A stretch of DNA of 64,000 nt. It comes from Selaginella moellendorffii (taxonomy: Eukaryota; Plantae; Lycopodiophyta). A program made the translations under genes and the position numbers. The first letter of the stretch is position 1. Every line of letters starts with the position of its first letter. Shown piece by piece: positions 1-11,802 of this stretch. Below the pieces are notes generated by a model. That model was not told the DNA's origin. It did no database searches and worked only from the letters and a program-made list of their open reading frames with translations. Location of the stretch: NCBI RefSeq assembly GCF_000143415.4, contig NW_003314262.1, positions 4,896,389 to 4,960,388 on the forward strand, written 5' to 3'.

Positions 1-219
1 AAAGACTACCCTCCTTAGAGGATATGCAAAAGGCATGGTGAGCCTTCAATGTCCAACCATTGATGAATATGGAGAAGGCATGGTGAGCCTTCAATGTCAC
101 ACCATTGACAAATATTGGCTACGCGCCAAGGATTGAAATGGTAACACATGCGGGTGTTACTTTATAAAATGGTTCACCGTTCGATGAGGACATCGAACTT
201 CGTCTATGGGTGGTGGAGT

Positions 220-1960
220 TGTGAGACACAAAATCCCTAGGCCCCAAAGTGGAGCTGGAAGGGCGCCACATGGTAGTGGCCGAAGCGAGAGCCAAACGAG
301 CGTAACACGTTTGGACCAAAAGCTCCGACTTGAAAAGTCAAGAGCGGGAGTGGAACTCCCAACGAAGTGCTCGAGGAACGAGCACGAAGAGAGCAAAAGG
401 CGAGGCTCCAAAAAGGGACCCAAAAGGACCAACACATGACACGTGGGAGTGTCCGAGATGGACTCGAGATGGAGTCCGAAGTGGAGTCCGAGGTGGACCC
501 GAGATGGACCCGAGTTGGAGTCCGAAGTGGAGTCCGAGATGGAGTCCGAGATGGAGTCCGAGATGGAGTCCGAGTTGGAGTCCGAGGTGGACCCGAGATG
601 GACCCGAGTTGGAGTCCGAAGTGGAGTCCGAGATGGACCCAAGATGGAGTCCGAGATGGAGTCCGAGATGGAGTCCGAGGTGGACCCGAGATGGACCCGA
701 GATGGAGTCCGAGATGGACCCGAGATGGACCCGAGATGGAGTCCGAGATGGAGTCCAAGATGGAGTCCGAGATGGAGTCCGAAGTCGAGACCGAGACCGG
801 AACCGAGACCGGGACCGAGACCGAGACCGAGACCGAGATCGGGACCGAGACCGAGACCGAGGCCGAGGCCAAGACCGAGCCCGAGCCCGAGTCCGAGTCC
901 GAATCCGAATCCGAGTCCGAGTCCGAGTCCGAGTCCGAGTCCGAGTCCGAGTCCGGAGCCTGAGAGGGTGAAAGCCCAAAGCGTTCGTCTCCCAGACCCT
1001 GGGGGGTTTGGTGAGCTCCAAAAGTATAGTAGGGGGAGGACTGCAGTGGAGCCAATTTGGCCAGGAAAGGCCAGTTTGGCCCAGGAAGGCCAGACCCAGT
1101 GTTGGGTGATGAACTGACCACTGGGAAGTCCAAGACTAGAGTGAATACGGACCGACAAGCGGGGTAGCTTGGTGAAGTGTTCAAGAGCCGGCTCTAGTTC
1201 CCCCGGGAGATCGACTAGCCGATGCTCCCAGTCCAAGTGTGGGTGGCACTACCTACTTGGATACCAGGCGTGGCTCAACGGAACCTCGCTCTAAGCCCAT
1301 GGCTAGAGCACCTAAAGGCGATAGGTGGGGAGAGTACCCAGGTGGCTCGCGTAAGGCCACGGTGTTCCGAAATGTCGTCCCAAAGGCCCAGACTGTGGAA
1401 AGGAAGAGGAGCAGTCCTCTGGGGTAGTGACCAAGGACACAGTCATGTGGTGAGGAAGTCCCAGAGGACCGTGGGACTTAGTGGTCGGGCCTGTGGGCCT
1501 TGATCCAGTGGCAGTGTTGGCAAACACGGCCAGGGGCAGAAAGGGACTTGGTAGGAACTGACAAAGGGACTTTGGGGAAGGCGATTCCCCAGGTCTGTGA
1601 ACATCCTAAGGATGCTAAGGAGTGGATCTAGGATGACCCCTCGTAGACAGATGGCCCAGTTTTGGAGAGACGGGATGGTGATGCAAGTGGTATTGGACCA
1701 TTTGCGCAGCAAAGGTGAATGGGCATGGCCTTAGCGTAACGGGCCGAGATGTCAGTGGTACCTTTGGGTGTCAGTCATGGGATCGGACACGTGGAGCACT
1801 TGGACCAAGTGCAAAGGTTGAGTGGCATGGATGCCATTCTCGGGGCTAGCAAGCCCCAAGTCCTGAATGGGACTTATGGAGGTTGTGAATGAGACTCCTC
1901 CAAGTGGTCGAAGGTGTGGTTAAGTGACTAAAGTAGAATGGAAAAATTTAGTCGCTTACA
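220..1960 (+). mobile_element. 3' LTR (1741 bp) of an LTR retrotransposon whose body lies upstream of the window
   Basis: Termini TGTGAGACAC...GTCGCTTACA (TG..CA, imperfect terminal inverted repeat). Immediately preceded by a purine-rich PPT-like tract (GGGTGGTGGAGT, 208-219). Homologous over its whole length to 7151-8694. Flanks (GGAGT / CCTAC) are not a TSD, as expected for one LTR of a full element. Confidence 0.85.
455..958. repeat. Tandem array inside the LTR: 12-bp units GAGATGGA(G/C)(T/C)CC grading into 6-bp units CCGAGA/CCGAGT
   Basis: Directly visible. It produces the low-complexity ORFs seen in all six frames. Confidence 0.95.
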
Positions 1961-4760
1961 CCTACCTATAAAATTAATCAATAGAGAAATTATGTTTCAC
2001 ATGTTTTTTGTGATTAACCACTTGAGCAAATCAATTTAGCAGATGAGAATAATCCTTATACTATCACAATTGCTCAAAGATTACAAAGTGAATTTCAAAA
2101 TCAGGCCATAAATCTACTAAAAGATTATAAAGACATTTTTGCTTAGTCTTACATAGATTTAAAAGGTATCCCACCAGAACTCTGTATGCACCGTATTGAG
2201 ATACTTTCGGGAAATATGCTTAAAAGGTATATACTCTATAAAATGAGTCTTAATTACTAAGGTAAAGTTAATGAAGAAATTGATAAACTTCTCTAAGCAA
2301 GATTCATCTATTCAATTCAGAATGTTCAATGGCTTTCACCACTTGTAATTGTGCTTAAGAAAAATAGCAAATTATGAGTTTCTGTGATTTACAAAAAGCT
2401 AAATGATGCAACAAAAAAAGATATATTCCTTATTCCTTTCACAAATGAAATTCTAGATTTAGTAGTAGGTCATGAAATATATTCATTTTTAAATAAATTC
2501 TTTGGCTATAATCAGGTGGAAGTAACACTTGAAAATCAACACAAAACAGCTTTTATAAACCTATGGGGAACTTATGCCTACTGCAAAATACCTTTTGGTC
2601 TATGTAATGTTCTTTTTACATTTCAAAAAGTTATTATAGACACTTTTAAAGAATATCTCACTAATTTCATGAGATTTTTCATAGATGATTTAGTGTTTTC
2701 AGCTCTAAAAAGGAACATTTAGTTTGCTTGCAAAAATGTTTTCAAAAATGTAAAAAATATAGCATTTCTCTTAATCTGGAAAAATATACTTTCTTTACAA
2801 ATTTAGGCATACTTTTATGTCATATTGTATACAAGGAAAATATCCTTGTAGACAAAGACAAAACTCAAGAGATTGAGACAATGTTTCCACCACACGATTA
2901 AAAAGTCTTTATTGCTTTTTAGGCAAAGTTGGCTATCACAAGCAATTTATAGAAGCTTATGCAAAAATTGCTAAACCACTTACTAATCTTTTAAAGAAAT
3001 ATACACCATTTATATGGAACAAAAATTGTTAAAAAACATTTTTAAGGCTTAAACAATACCTCAAAGAGGCACCTATACTTATTAAACTCAACTGGACAAA
3101 GGAGTTTCACCTACATATGGATACTTTTGATATTGCCACAAATGCAATATTATTCTAGACACAAGGTGATAAAAAAAATCATTTTATTTACTATGCCAGC
3201 AAATACTTAAATCTTGTTAAGCATAACTACACAACAATTGAAAAATAAGCCTTAAACATAGTTTACACTTTACAAAAATTTAGGCATTATTTTTTGGCAA
3301 TACTTTATTGACCATAAGTCTCTTTTATATCTCATCAACAAGCCATACATATTTGCTCGAGTAACTAAATGGTTTTTACTATTACAAAAATATAATTTTG
3401 AAATGGTATATAAACCTGAAAAATTTCATGAATATATCGATTGTCTAAACTACATCACTACAAAAGTCACATAATACTAAAGTAGATAAACTCCCAAATG
3501 CTTATTTATTTGCAATCTCTATGCCCACCACTTAGTTAAAAGATATACAAATCTATCTCTTTATAGGCACAATTCTGCCCCATTATAATTCGCTAGAGAA
3601 AAAGAAATTGTTTATCTTGAGGACACGACCTTACTTTGTTATGGGGGAGCACTTATATAAATTAGACATCGATGGAACATTAAGGAAATATGTTAATAGA
3701 CACAAAAAAAGAAATGAAATCCTAAGGGAAGCTCACTTAGACCCATCAGAATGTCATTTTGCAAACGAAATCACTATTAGAAAAGTTTTACAAACATTGT
3801 TATGGTGGCCTATACTTTGGAAAGATACAACAATTTTTTACAAAAATTATGATTTTTGTCAAATGCATAAATTGCCACTTAAAAAGCAAATCAATGAACT
3901 AAATCCTACCTATCCATATGAAACATCTCACAAATGAGAATTGGATTTTATTGGTTCTATGATGATAAGTAATAAGAAGAACAAATACATTTTAGTCACC
4001 ACTGACTATGTGACTAAATGGGTAGAAGGTATGCCTATGAAATAGGCCTTAACTGCTAACACTGCTAAATTCCTTTATGAAAACATCATTGTAAGATTTA
4101 GTTTGCCTAAGGAAATTATCACTGATAGAAACACTTATTTCATCAATAAAATAATAGAAATTCTTATACAAGGATTCATCCTTAAACACAAAAAGTTCAT
4201 GCCATATTACCTACAAAAGAATGGTTAAGCTGAATCCACTAACAAAGTGTTTTAAAATATCTTGAAAAGATTGTAAAGGACAATTGGGATAAAAAAACCC
4301 TAGATGCTTTATAGGTTTATAGAATTGTATATAAAGTATCTACATGCATGATACTATTTTATCTCATTTATGACCAAGAAGCTTTAACGCCTATAAAATT
4401 TATAATTTCTTCTTTGCATATTACAATTAAAAATGGCTTTGATGAAAAAGAAGCTCTCAAGCAAAAACTTACCAAAATAGAAAACTTAGCTTAGAGCAAT
4501 TTGGACCTTGCATACAATTCAAAAAACTAGAAAAGCTAGGCATGACAGACAATTGAAAATCTCTTGTGAGCTTAAACAAAGAGATAAAGTCCTTTGGTAT
4601 CAGGGCAAAATAAATACTTTTGGAAATAAATTTGAGAGAAAATAGAACAATCTATTTATTTTATCTAAGATATTAGCTCCAGGAATGGCTAAAATACACA
4701 TCTTAAACAAGAACAATATTGCAATAGTAAATTTAAATCATTTAAAGAAGTATCATGAAG
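1961..4760 (+). mobile_element. Decayed Ty3/gypsy pol (RT - RNase H - integrase) with many stops and frameshifts
   Basis: RT motifs YKKLNDATKKD...GYNQ...KTAF...PFGLCN...FQK...FFIDD (2384-2722). RNase H-like region ~3060-3420. Integrase Zn finger H..H...WWP..WKD...CQ (3608-3937) and core LDFIGS...YILVTTDYVTKWVEG...IITD. Domain order RT-RH-INT is gypsy; the integrase motifs resemble non-chromovirus (Athila/Tat-like) elements. Confidence 0.9.
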
Positions 4761-7700
4761 ATATAAGCATAAATGTTATCTATATCTTAGGGTACAAAAC
4801 TATGGATAAACTCGTGGATGAAGCCCTTGTAAAGATTTATTATGATAAGCTACCTAAATGCATAGATAGGGTGACCAATTGTATGAAGGATAAGGGTTTA
4901 GAAAAATTCTATAAAATAATATTAAACTTTGTAAAACCATAAAAAGGCAAATTAACTCTTCAATTATGAGATCCTATAAAACTAGCTTTCAAAATGGATG
5001 AAAGGGATATTAAGATCACTTAAGATTTTATTTTCAAATTTTTCTATCTTCCCATAAAGCTAAATTAGTGGAATTGAAAAGGAGTAGCCTTTCATAAAAA
5101 GCTCAGTCATGGATTTGTTCATTTAGAACAAAGGGAAAATACATGTCCCTTGGGAAAGATTTGTCTTTATGCTAGAGAAACCCTTATATATTTAAGTGTT
5201 CTTTTTGACAAGGAAGTTGCAAAAAAAGAAATCAAATGATATATTAGATAGATATTTTTTTTTCTAGAGTAAGCCTTCCCTCAAAATCTTGCTAGTATGG
5301 TTTATAGAAATTTTCTCCAGGCAATGCATGACTTAAAGGAAAAGAAAAGAAGGGGTAAATACTCTAAGAGTAACATTTATATTTTTCTTGCCCTATTCTA
5401 TAAATTCTACCAATAAACCATAAAGATTAATGAGTAAAGATTACTAATCCAACAAAGAAAAAAAAATTCCACAATATGTTTGTATATAAAAACATAAAGC
5501 TTAAAGCTAAACAAAACAATTTAGATAACTTAGAGGTAGCTAAGGACCTTTTTTCTCCCTTTCGCTCTTTCCCTCTCACTCACTCTATGCCTATACCTTT
5601 GCCAAGATGTGCCAACATTCCAGGCTTAACTCTGAAGCAATGTATAGCAACTCAAATGCCGCCTAAGGCCATGCAAAAGCAAACACCATTGTTATTGCCT
5701 ATTGGGTCAAGTAAATTTATCCTCATGCCACCGTCACAAGCCATTGACTCCACTCTTGCACCGTCAATGCAAGATCTCTCTTAGGCACCTTTGTTGGCAT
5801 TGCAATCTGTCTCCTACTTACCTAATGCCAAATGTTTTACTTATAAATTTCCATAGATAACAAAAATGCTTAAGCAAGATGAGTACATGGAATAAATCTC
5901 ATCCAGTAATAAGGAGCTAGATTATGGCCAAGTAAAACTGTCTAGGGAGCTTTTGTTTTCTCCCTATGATAAGTTTTGGCTTAATGCTTTTGGGTTACTC
6001 GCCTATGGGGAGCTACTTGAAAGAGAAATAACAATCAAGCAAGGGATTGAGCTTATGCAGAAGTAATATCCAAAGACGCATGTTTTTTTTTTCCACTAGC
6101 AAGTCCATCCCTTTGGAATCACCCAATTTGCTCAAATTTTTCACCTAAACAATAAGGGTGAAATAATCATGATGAGTAAGAAGGATCGCATGCCCAAACA
6201 ATACATCCTCCCAAATTACATATTCAAATGATGAGGCAACTTCACCTATTTGAAGCCTAATTATCATGCTAAGCTTAAGGCGTTGTGTGCTATCATCGAT
6301 GGGAGGACGATTGCACAAAATGCTAGTATCAAGATAACCTGTTTGTTGGAAGCTATCAAGACTAGATGGCAAATAAACATAACTCATTTCGCGTACAATA
6401 GATTTGTGGCCGAAATGAAAAATATTGCCTTACAAGTAAGCAAAGGAAAGCAAGTGAAGACGAGAGTTTTCATCTTTTTGCAGCGCATCTATGAGCATTA
6501 CACCACTTAAGTAGATCCCATGCCTCACCTTACCATTGAGCTACCACCTCCAGTATCTCCTCCAAAGGAGATAGTGAGGGATGTGAAAGTAAAGGAGAAT
6601 CCCGATGATACAAATTCAAGGGAGGAAACTTCTCCCTTCAAAAAGAAACTCCATCTAGATCCAAAAGTCCAAGCTATGAGATCTCTAGGGTTTGTTCCGC
6701 AGAAATCTAGTGGTCAAATATGTTGCAGAAAAGCTGGATGCAGCAAGTATAGTGATAAAATGCTACACCCAAATTAGGAATAGAGTCGTGACTCGTTTAC
6801 ATCTACAGAGACAACTCTGATGCCTATACAAATCTCTCCGAGCATTAGAGAAGTGACAAATACACAAATAGACAACACTAGGCAAATAATGGATGCTGAA
6901 GTTGTGGAAGAAATTCCATAACTTAGGCCACAAGGTCCAACATACAATGCATCTATAGATGTTGCAAAACCATTAGCTATAGATATACCCAATGAGATGA
7001 GTGTAGGCCAAGAAGATCACAACTAAGAAACTCAACAGGATAAAAAGGACAAAGCTACAAAAAAGAGTCTAAGTGAACTAGAAGAGTATGAGTTAAATTT
7101 TCTCTAGTCCACCTACACATCTGAATGCAACACTCCCTCAGGCAACAAGTTGTAAGCGACTAATTTTTCCATTCTACTTTAGTCACTTAACCCCACCTCC
7201 AACCACTTGGAGGAGTCTCATTCACAACTTCCATAAGTTTATTTCAGGACTTGGGACTTGCTAGTCCCAAGGGTGGCATCTATGCCACTCAACCTTTGCA
7301 CTTAGTCCAAGTGCTCCACGTGTCCAGTCCCATGACCAACACCCAAAGGTACCACCGACATATCAGCCCGTTATGCTAAGGCTATGCCCATTCACCTTTG
7401 CCGCACTGGTGGTCCAATACCACTTACATCACAGTCTTATCTCTCTAAGACTGGGCCATCTGTCCATAAATGGTCGTCCTAGATCCACTCCGTAGCATCC
7501 TTAGGATGCCCACAGACATGGGGAATAGCCTTCCCCAATATCCTTTTTATAGTCCCCACCAAGTCCCTTTTCTGTCTATGGCCGTGTTCACCAATATTGC
7601 CACTGGGACAAGGCCCATAGGCTCGACCACTAAGTCCCATTGTCCTCTAGGACTTCTTCACCACATGACCGCATCATTGGTCACTACACCAGAGGACCAC

Positions 7701-9226
7701 TCTTCTTCCTTTCCATGGTCTAGGACTTTAGGATAACCTTTCGGAACACCATGGCCCTATGCAAGCCTCATGGGTACTTTCCCCACCTTTTGCCTTTAGG
7801 TGCTCTAGCCATGGGCTTAGAGCGAGGTTCTGTTGAGCCACGCTAGGTATCCAAGTAAGTAGTGCCACCCACACTTGAAATGGGAGCATCGGCCATTCAA
7901 TCTCCCGGGGGAACTAGAGCCAGCTCTTGAACACTTCACCAAGCTATCCCGCTTGTCGGTCCGTATTCACTCTAGCCTTGGACCTCCCAGTGGTTATCCC
8001 ATCACCTAACACCTGGGTACAGCCTTCTTGGGCCAAACTAGCCTTTCCTAGCCAAACTGACTCCACTAGAGTCCTCCCCCTTACTATACTTTTGGAGCTC
8101 ACCAAACCCCTCAGGGTTTGGGAGACGAATGCTTTGGGCTTTCACCCTCTCAGACTCGAACTTGGACTTAGACTTAGACTTAGACTCGGGCTTGGGCTCA
8201 GTCTCGGCCTCGGCCTCAATCTCGATCTCGGTCCCGGTCTCGGTCTTGGTCCCAGTCTCGGTCTCGGTCTCAACTTCGGACTCCATCTCGGTTCATCTCG
8301 GACTCCATCTTAAACTCCATCTCGGGTCCATCTCGGACTCCATCTCGAATCCATCTCGGACTCCATCTCGAATCCATCTCAGTCCATCTCGGACTCCATC
8401 TCGGGTCCATCTTGGGTCCATCTCAAACTCCATCTTGGACTCCATCTCGGGTCCATCTCGGACTCTTCCATGTGTCATATGTTGGTCCTCTTATGTCTCT
8501 TTTCTAGAGATACACTTATTGCTCGCTTCATGCTTGTTCCTCCAGCTCTTCATTGGGAGTTCCACTCCCGCTCTTGACCTTTCAAGTCAAAGCTTTTAGT
8601 CCAAAAGTGTTATGTTTGTTTAGCTTTCGCTTCAGCCATTACCACATAGCAGCCTTTTGGCTCCACTTTGGGGCTTAAGGATTTGTGTCTCACACAAGTT
8701 TAGCGAGATGAGGCAGCCATAGCAGCAACAAATGCCACAGCAACACTATAAGGTCAAGGCTAACTGTGCCTTTGTGCATAAGTCCGCGAGTCAACCTAGA
8801 GAGCCAGCAACTTGAAGCTTCATGGAAGAGCTCACTCAACACATCAAAGGAGGCAAGCAGCCAATTGACAAGCTAATGCAGCCAGCAGAAAATGAGGAAA
8901 CTACAAAGTACCACATACAAGTCTTGAGCTACCTTAAAACAATCACCAAGAAAGTGGATAGAGTCATGGGCGAGCAGAATCATCAATGCTACATAATCTA
9001 AGAGCTTAAGACTGCAATCCCGACTTCCACAACCATCGATGCAAAGCGCATCAACCACTAAGACAGTGCATCACTATACTCGACCAAGAGAATCAAATCA
9101 TGCATCATAAACTCAACAATCTACATCGAAGTGTTTTCTCACTATGAAGACCAAGCTTAACAACCTAGAGGAGGATTTGGAGAATCCGACTACCTGAGTA
9201 CAGGCAGTAGTTTTGTCGTGGGGGAG
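4760..9226 (+). pseudogene. Decayed accessory ORF region of the host gypsy element, between integrase and PPT, interrupted by the solo LTR
   Basis: Successive + strand ORF remnants (4685-4942, 5476-5784, 6250-6510, 6520-6777). Ends in a PPT-like GTGGGGGAG (9218-9226) followed by TG. Confidence 0.5.
7151..8694 (-). mobile_element. Solo LTR (1544 bp), same family as 220-1960, inverted orientation
   Basis: Starts TGTAAGCGAC, ends GTGTCTCACA. Perfect 5-bp target-site duplication CAAGT at 7146-7150 and 8695-8699. Internal tandem array is shorter (~8155-8465). Confidence 0.93.
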
Positions 9227-9700
9227 TGATGAAAATGTAAATATTATATCTTGTGTATCATCCCAGGCATAACAAAAGAAGAAACCTTAGGTGAAATGGA
9301 GTTACGCCTAATCTTAAGTATCCAAAGAAGAAAAACTCAACCTAAGCAAGAAACAATTAGGAACAGCTATAAAATTATGTAGTATATAAATAACACTTAG
9401 ACATGCTGAAAATAACCCCCACTTACTATACATTTGCATTAAATTAACCATCCTTTTTCTTGCCTATGATTATTTATGCAAAGTAGAGTTGAGAGTGTGA
9501 CATATATTTATCCTTACTCACACATTTGGAGTTTGAGGCTAAATTCTCATTTATTCTTTTCTCTCATTCTTCTTCTTCTCTTCTTCTTCTACGTTCTCAT
9601 CTCTATTTGTTTGTCACTATTTTGCAAGAAAGGGCGAGAATGCAAGTATAGGTAAAAAAACTTTACTCAAAAGGCCATTTTGTTTTGGTGTAGAAGATGT
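9227..9700 (+). mobile_element. Probable start of the 3' LTR of the host gypsy element (right end not determinable; end coordinate arbitrary)
   Basis: TG dinucleotide directly after the PPT-like tract, followed by AT-rich non-coding sequence. Confidence 0.4.
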
Positions 9701-11463
9701 TAGATAGTGGGGAGAGGAAATGTTGAAGAGAGAATTAGGCTACTTCTACCATGAAACTAACAAAAAGAAAAAAGAGGAAAAAATCTAAGGACAATAATTG
9801 TAATAGTTTAGTCAAGAGGTTGTGAAGCAAATGGTGTTTCATGACAAAGCATAATCATTATTAGGATGATGTCAAAAGATACTTACAACTGACACAAAGT
9901 CAAGATCATGGGTTTTCCTTTGTTTTAGACTAAGTATAATTAATTATTAAGGGATTAACAACAATTGTAAAGTTGTGACCCTTTAAGCAGTTTTCCATCC
10001 TGGAGGATAAAGACTATGGTATTAATTGTGAGAGATAAAATACAAGAGAAGTAAAAAGAAAATAGATGGTATGAGGGAAAGCAATACTAGCACCACTGAC
10101 AAAACTCTGTTAAAGAGGATGAACCTCTATATGGCTGTAGTGACAATTAAGACCAAAGCATAAAAAAGCTTCAAATTTCTACGTAGCAATGGTTTTCCAT
10201 ACTCACTTATTTTGGAGTTCATGGAATTTCCCTCCAAGTCTGGTCACAAAGCTATGTCCTTCCTGAATCATATACATAACAAATACATAATTGTGAGAGA
10301 CAAAACTGCAGTGAAGGTTTTAAGAAGGTTGGATGTATAGTTTTTCAACAGCTTTCTATTGCAACTTTTATTTCTCTCTCACTCTTCAAGTTTGCAATGT
10401 TTTTGCTCTCTCTTCTTCTGTCTTCTTGCTTGCTTATAATGGTGGAGCATGCCATGGTTGTAGCACATGTGAAAACCACATGTGCTACAATGGTGGCTCA
10501 GGATCATGTGCCACTTGGAGCTGTTACTTTTTTTGTGCTCTCCCTTCCATTCTCAAAAGCAAGTTGTAAGAATCTAAAGCAAAAGAATGTTTGTCGTGTG
10601 ATCATGGCTTCAATGCTGCTTAGATTCTTGAGTCTTGATTCACCTTTCTATTGCACGTTTTTGCCGGTGTAAGACTTCTATAAGAAGCTTGCTTTCCAGT
10701 AAATCCACTCCTACCCACTCTATGTCTGGCAATTCCACCCAATCTCTTGTATATGTTATATCAAATAAAAGATATTGACATTGGAAGGATTGCAACTACA
10801 ATCCAGAGCTCAGACAGCTGTGCATCTCAAGTGATAGAGCCAACCTTTCTTGGTAAAACCAAAATGTTTATTATGTGAATCACAGCCCAGTCCTTCAGGT
10901 TGGACTCAACTTGTTATTGCTATCGCACTGGCTCATCTCTTAGCTGCGCAGCTATAAGATGAGTTAGTGAGATAGTAATGCTCATATGTGCTAAAAAATG
11001 CTGATGTTCCTGCACGTAACACGTTATGACCATGAACACTATAAATTCTTACAGTCTGCCTTAAAAACAGCCGATGCAAAAGAGAGGATGTCTCTCTACA
11101 TGTGTGCTACTGCTCTAGCACTCAACAGATCACTACAATTTCTACATTGAAGCCCTGAATAAAAAGTCAATCAGAGGTCTTACACCAGATAAACCATTGT
11201 AAGGAAGGCCGCTCCAATGCCAAGCCAAGGGAAAAAGTGTGGCTTCTAAAAAAGCTATTCCATGTAGTAAAAGGAATCCACCATACTAACCTGCAGTGCA
11301 TTGGGCATCATGATGAAGGAGATTGCATTGGATGAGATTCTTAATGCGTTCAGCTTGGTAACTTAGCAAACATTACACCATATATAACAAAAGACACCAG
11401 TGCTTATTTAGATATTACTCGCAACTTTCATGTTGCAAGTGTCTAGCACATTAGATGGAATAT

Positions 11464-11700
11464 TTAGTTGCACCTCCCATAGCCGCGCTGGCAGCCCGTG
11501 CCACAGAAAGCAGATGTCGATCCGCAGTAGCCAAACTGGCTGCAGCACAGGCCCCGGTTGCAGGAGGCTCTGCCACCCTGACGACCGCAACAGGGACGGG
11601 TTCCACACGCTGCCTGAGCTTCCACCACATTCGCGTGCTCCACCATTGCAACAACGAACATGCACAAGAAGAAAGCAGCGAAAGCACGAAGGGACGCCAT
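11464..11700 (-). CDS. Secreted hevein-like (CBM18/chitin-binding type 1) antimicrobial peptide, 78 aa, 10 Cys
   Basis: ATG at 11700. Hydrophobic signal peptide [28 protein letters not shown], then [34 protein letters not shown] containing the CCSxxGxCG hevein signature. TATA box about 70 nt upstream. Confidence 0.92.
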   Translation of the reverse strand: MASLRAFAAFFLCMFVVAMVEHANVVEAQAACGTRPCCGRQGGRASCNRGLCCSQFGYCGSTSAFCGTGCQRGYGRCN

Positions 11701-11768
11701 TGCAAACAGTAGCACTTTAACTATGGATAGAGCTGAGTAGTGTTTGATTGAATGGAGAGGCGGGGTAC

Positions 11769-11802
11769 ATTTATATACAGGAGGGGGGGGGGGGGGGGGG
11801 GG
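11769..11802 (-). promoter_or_regulatory. TATA box (TATATAAAT on the minus strand) with an adjacent 20-nt G/C homopolymer, upstream of the hevein-like gene
   Basis: ATTTATATA at 11769-11777; G run at 11783-11802. Confidence 0.65.

Noticed and set aside
30-108. ~34-bp direct repeat AAGGCATGGTGAGCCTTCAATGTC x2
   Set aside because: Ordinary repeat in the retroelement 3' untranslated region.
455-958. CRISPR-like array
   Set aside because: Contiguous tandem units with no unique spacers, in a eukaryotic context with no cas genes.
157-1236. Long ORFs in all frames (GLGLG, SDSD, RDRD, WSPR repeats), also at 7927-8599
   Set aside because: Translation artefacts of the stop-free 6/12-bp tandem array inside the LTRs.
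220-8694. A single DIRS- or Polinton-like element with long terminal inverted repeats
   Set aside because: The right arm has its own 5-bp TSD and the left follows a PPT. The internal region encodes a DDE integrase, not a tyrosine recombinase or polB.
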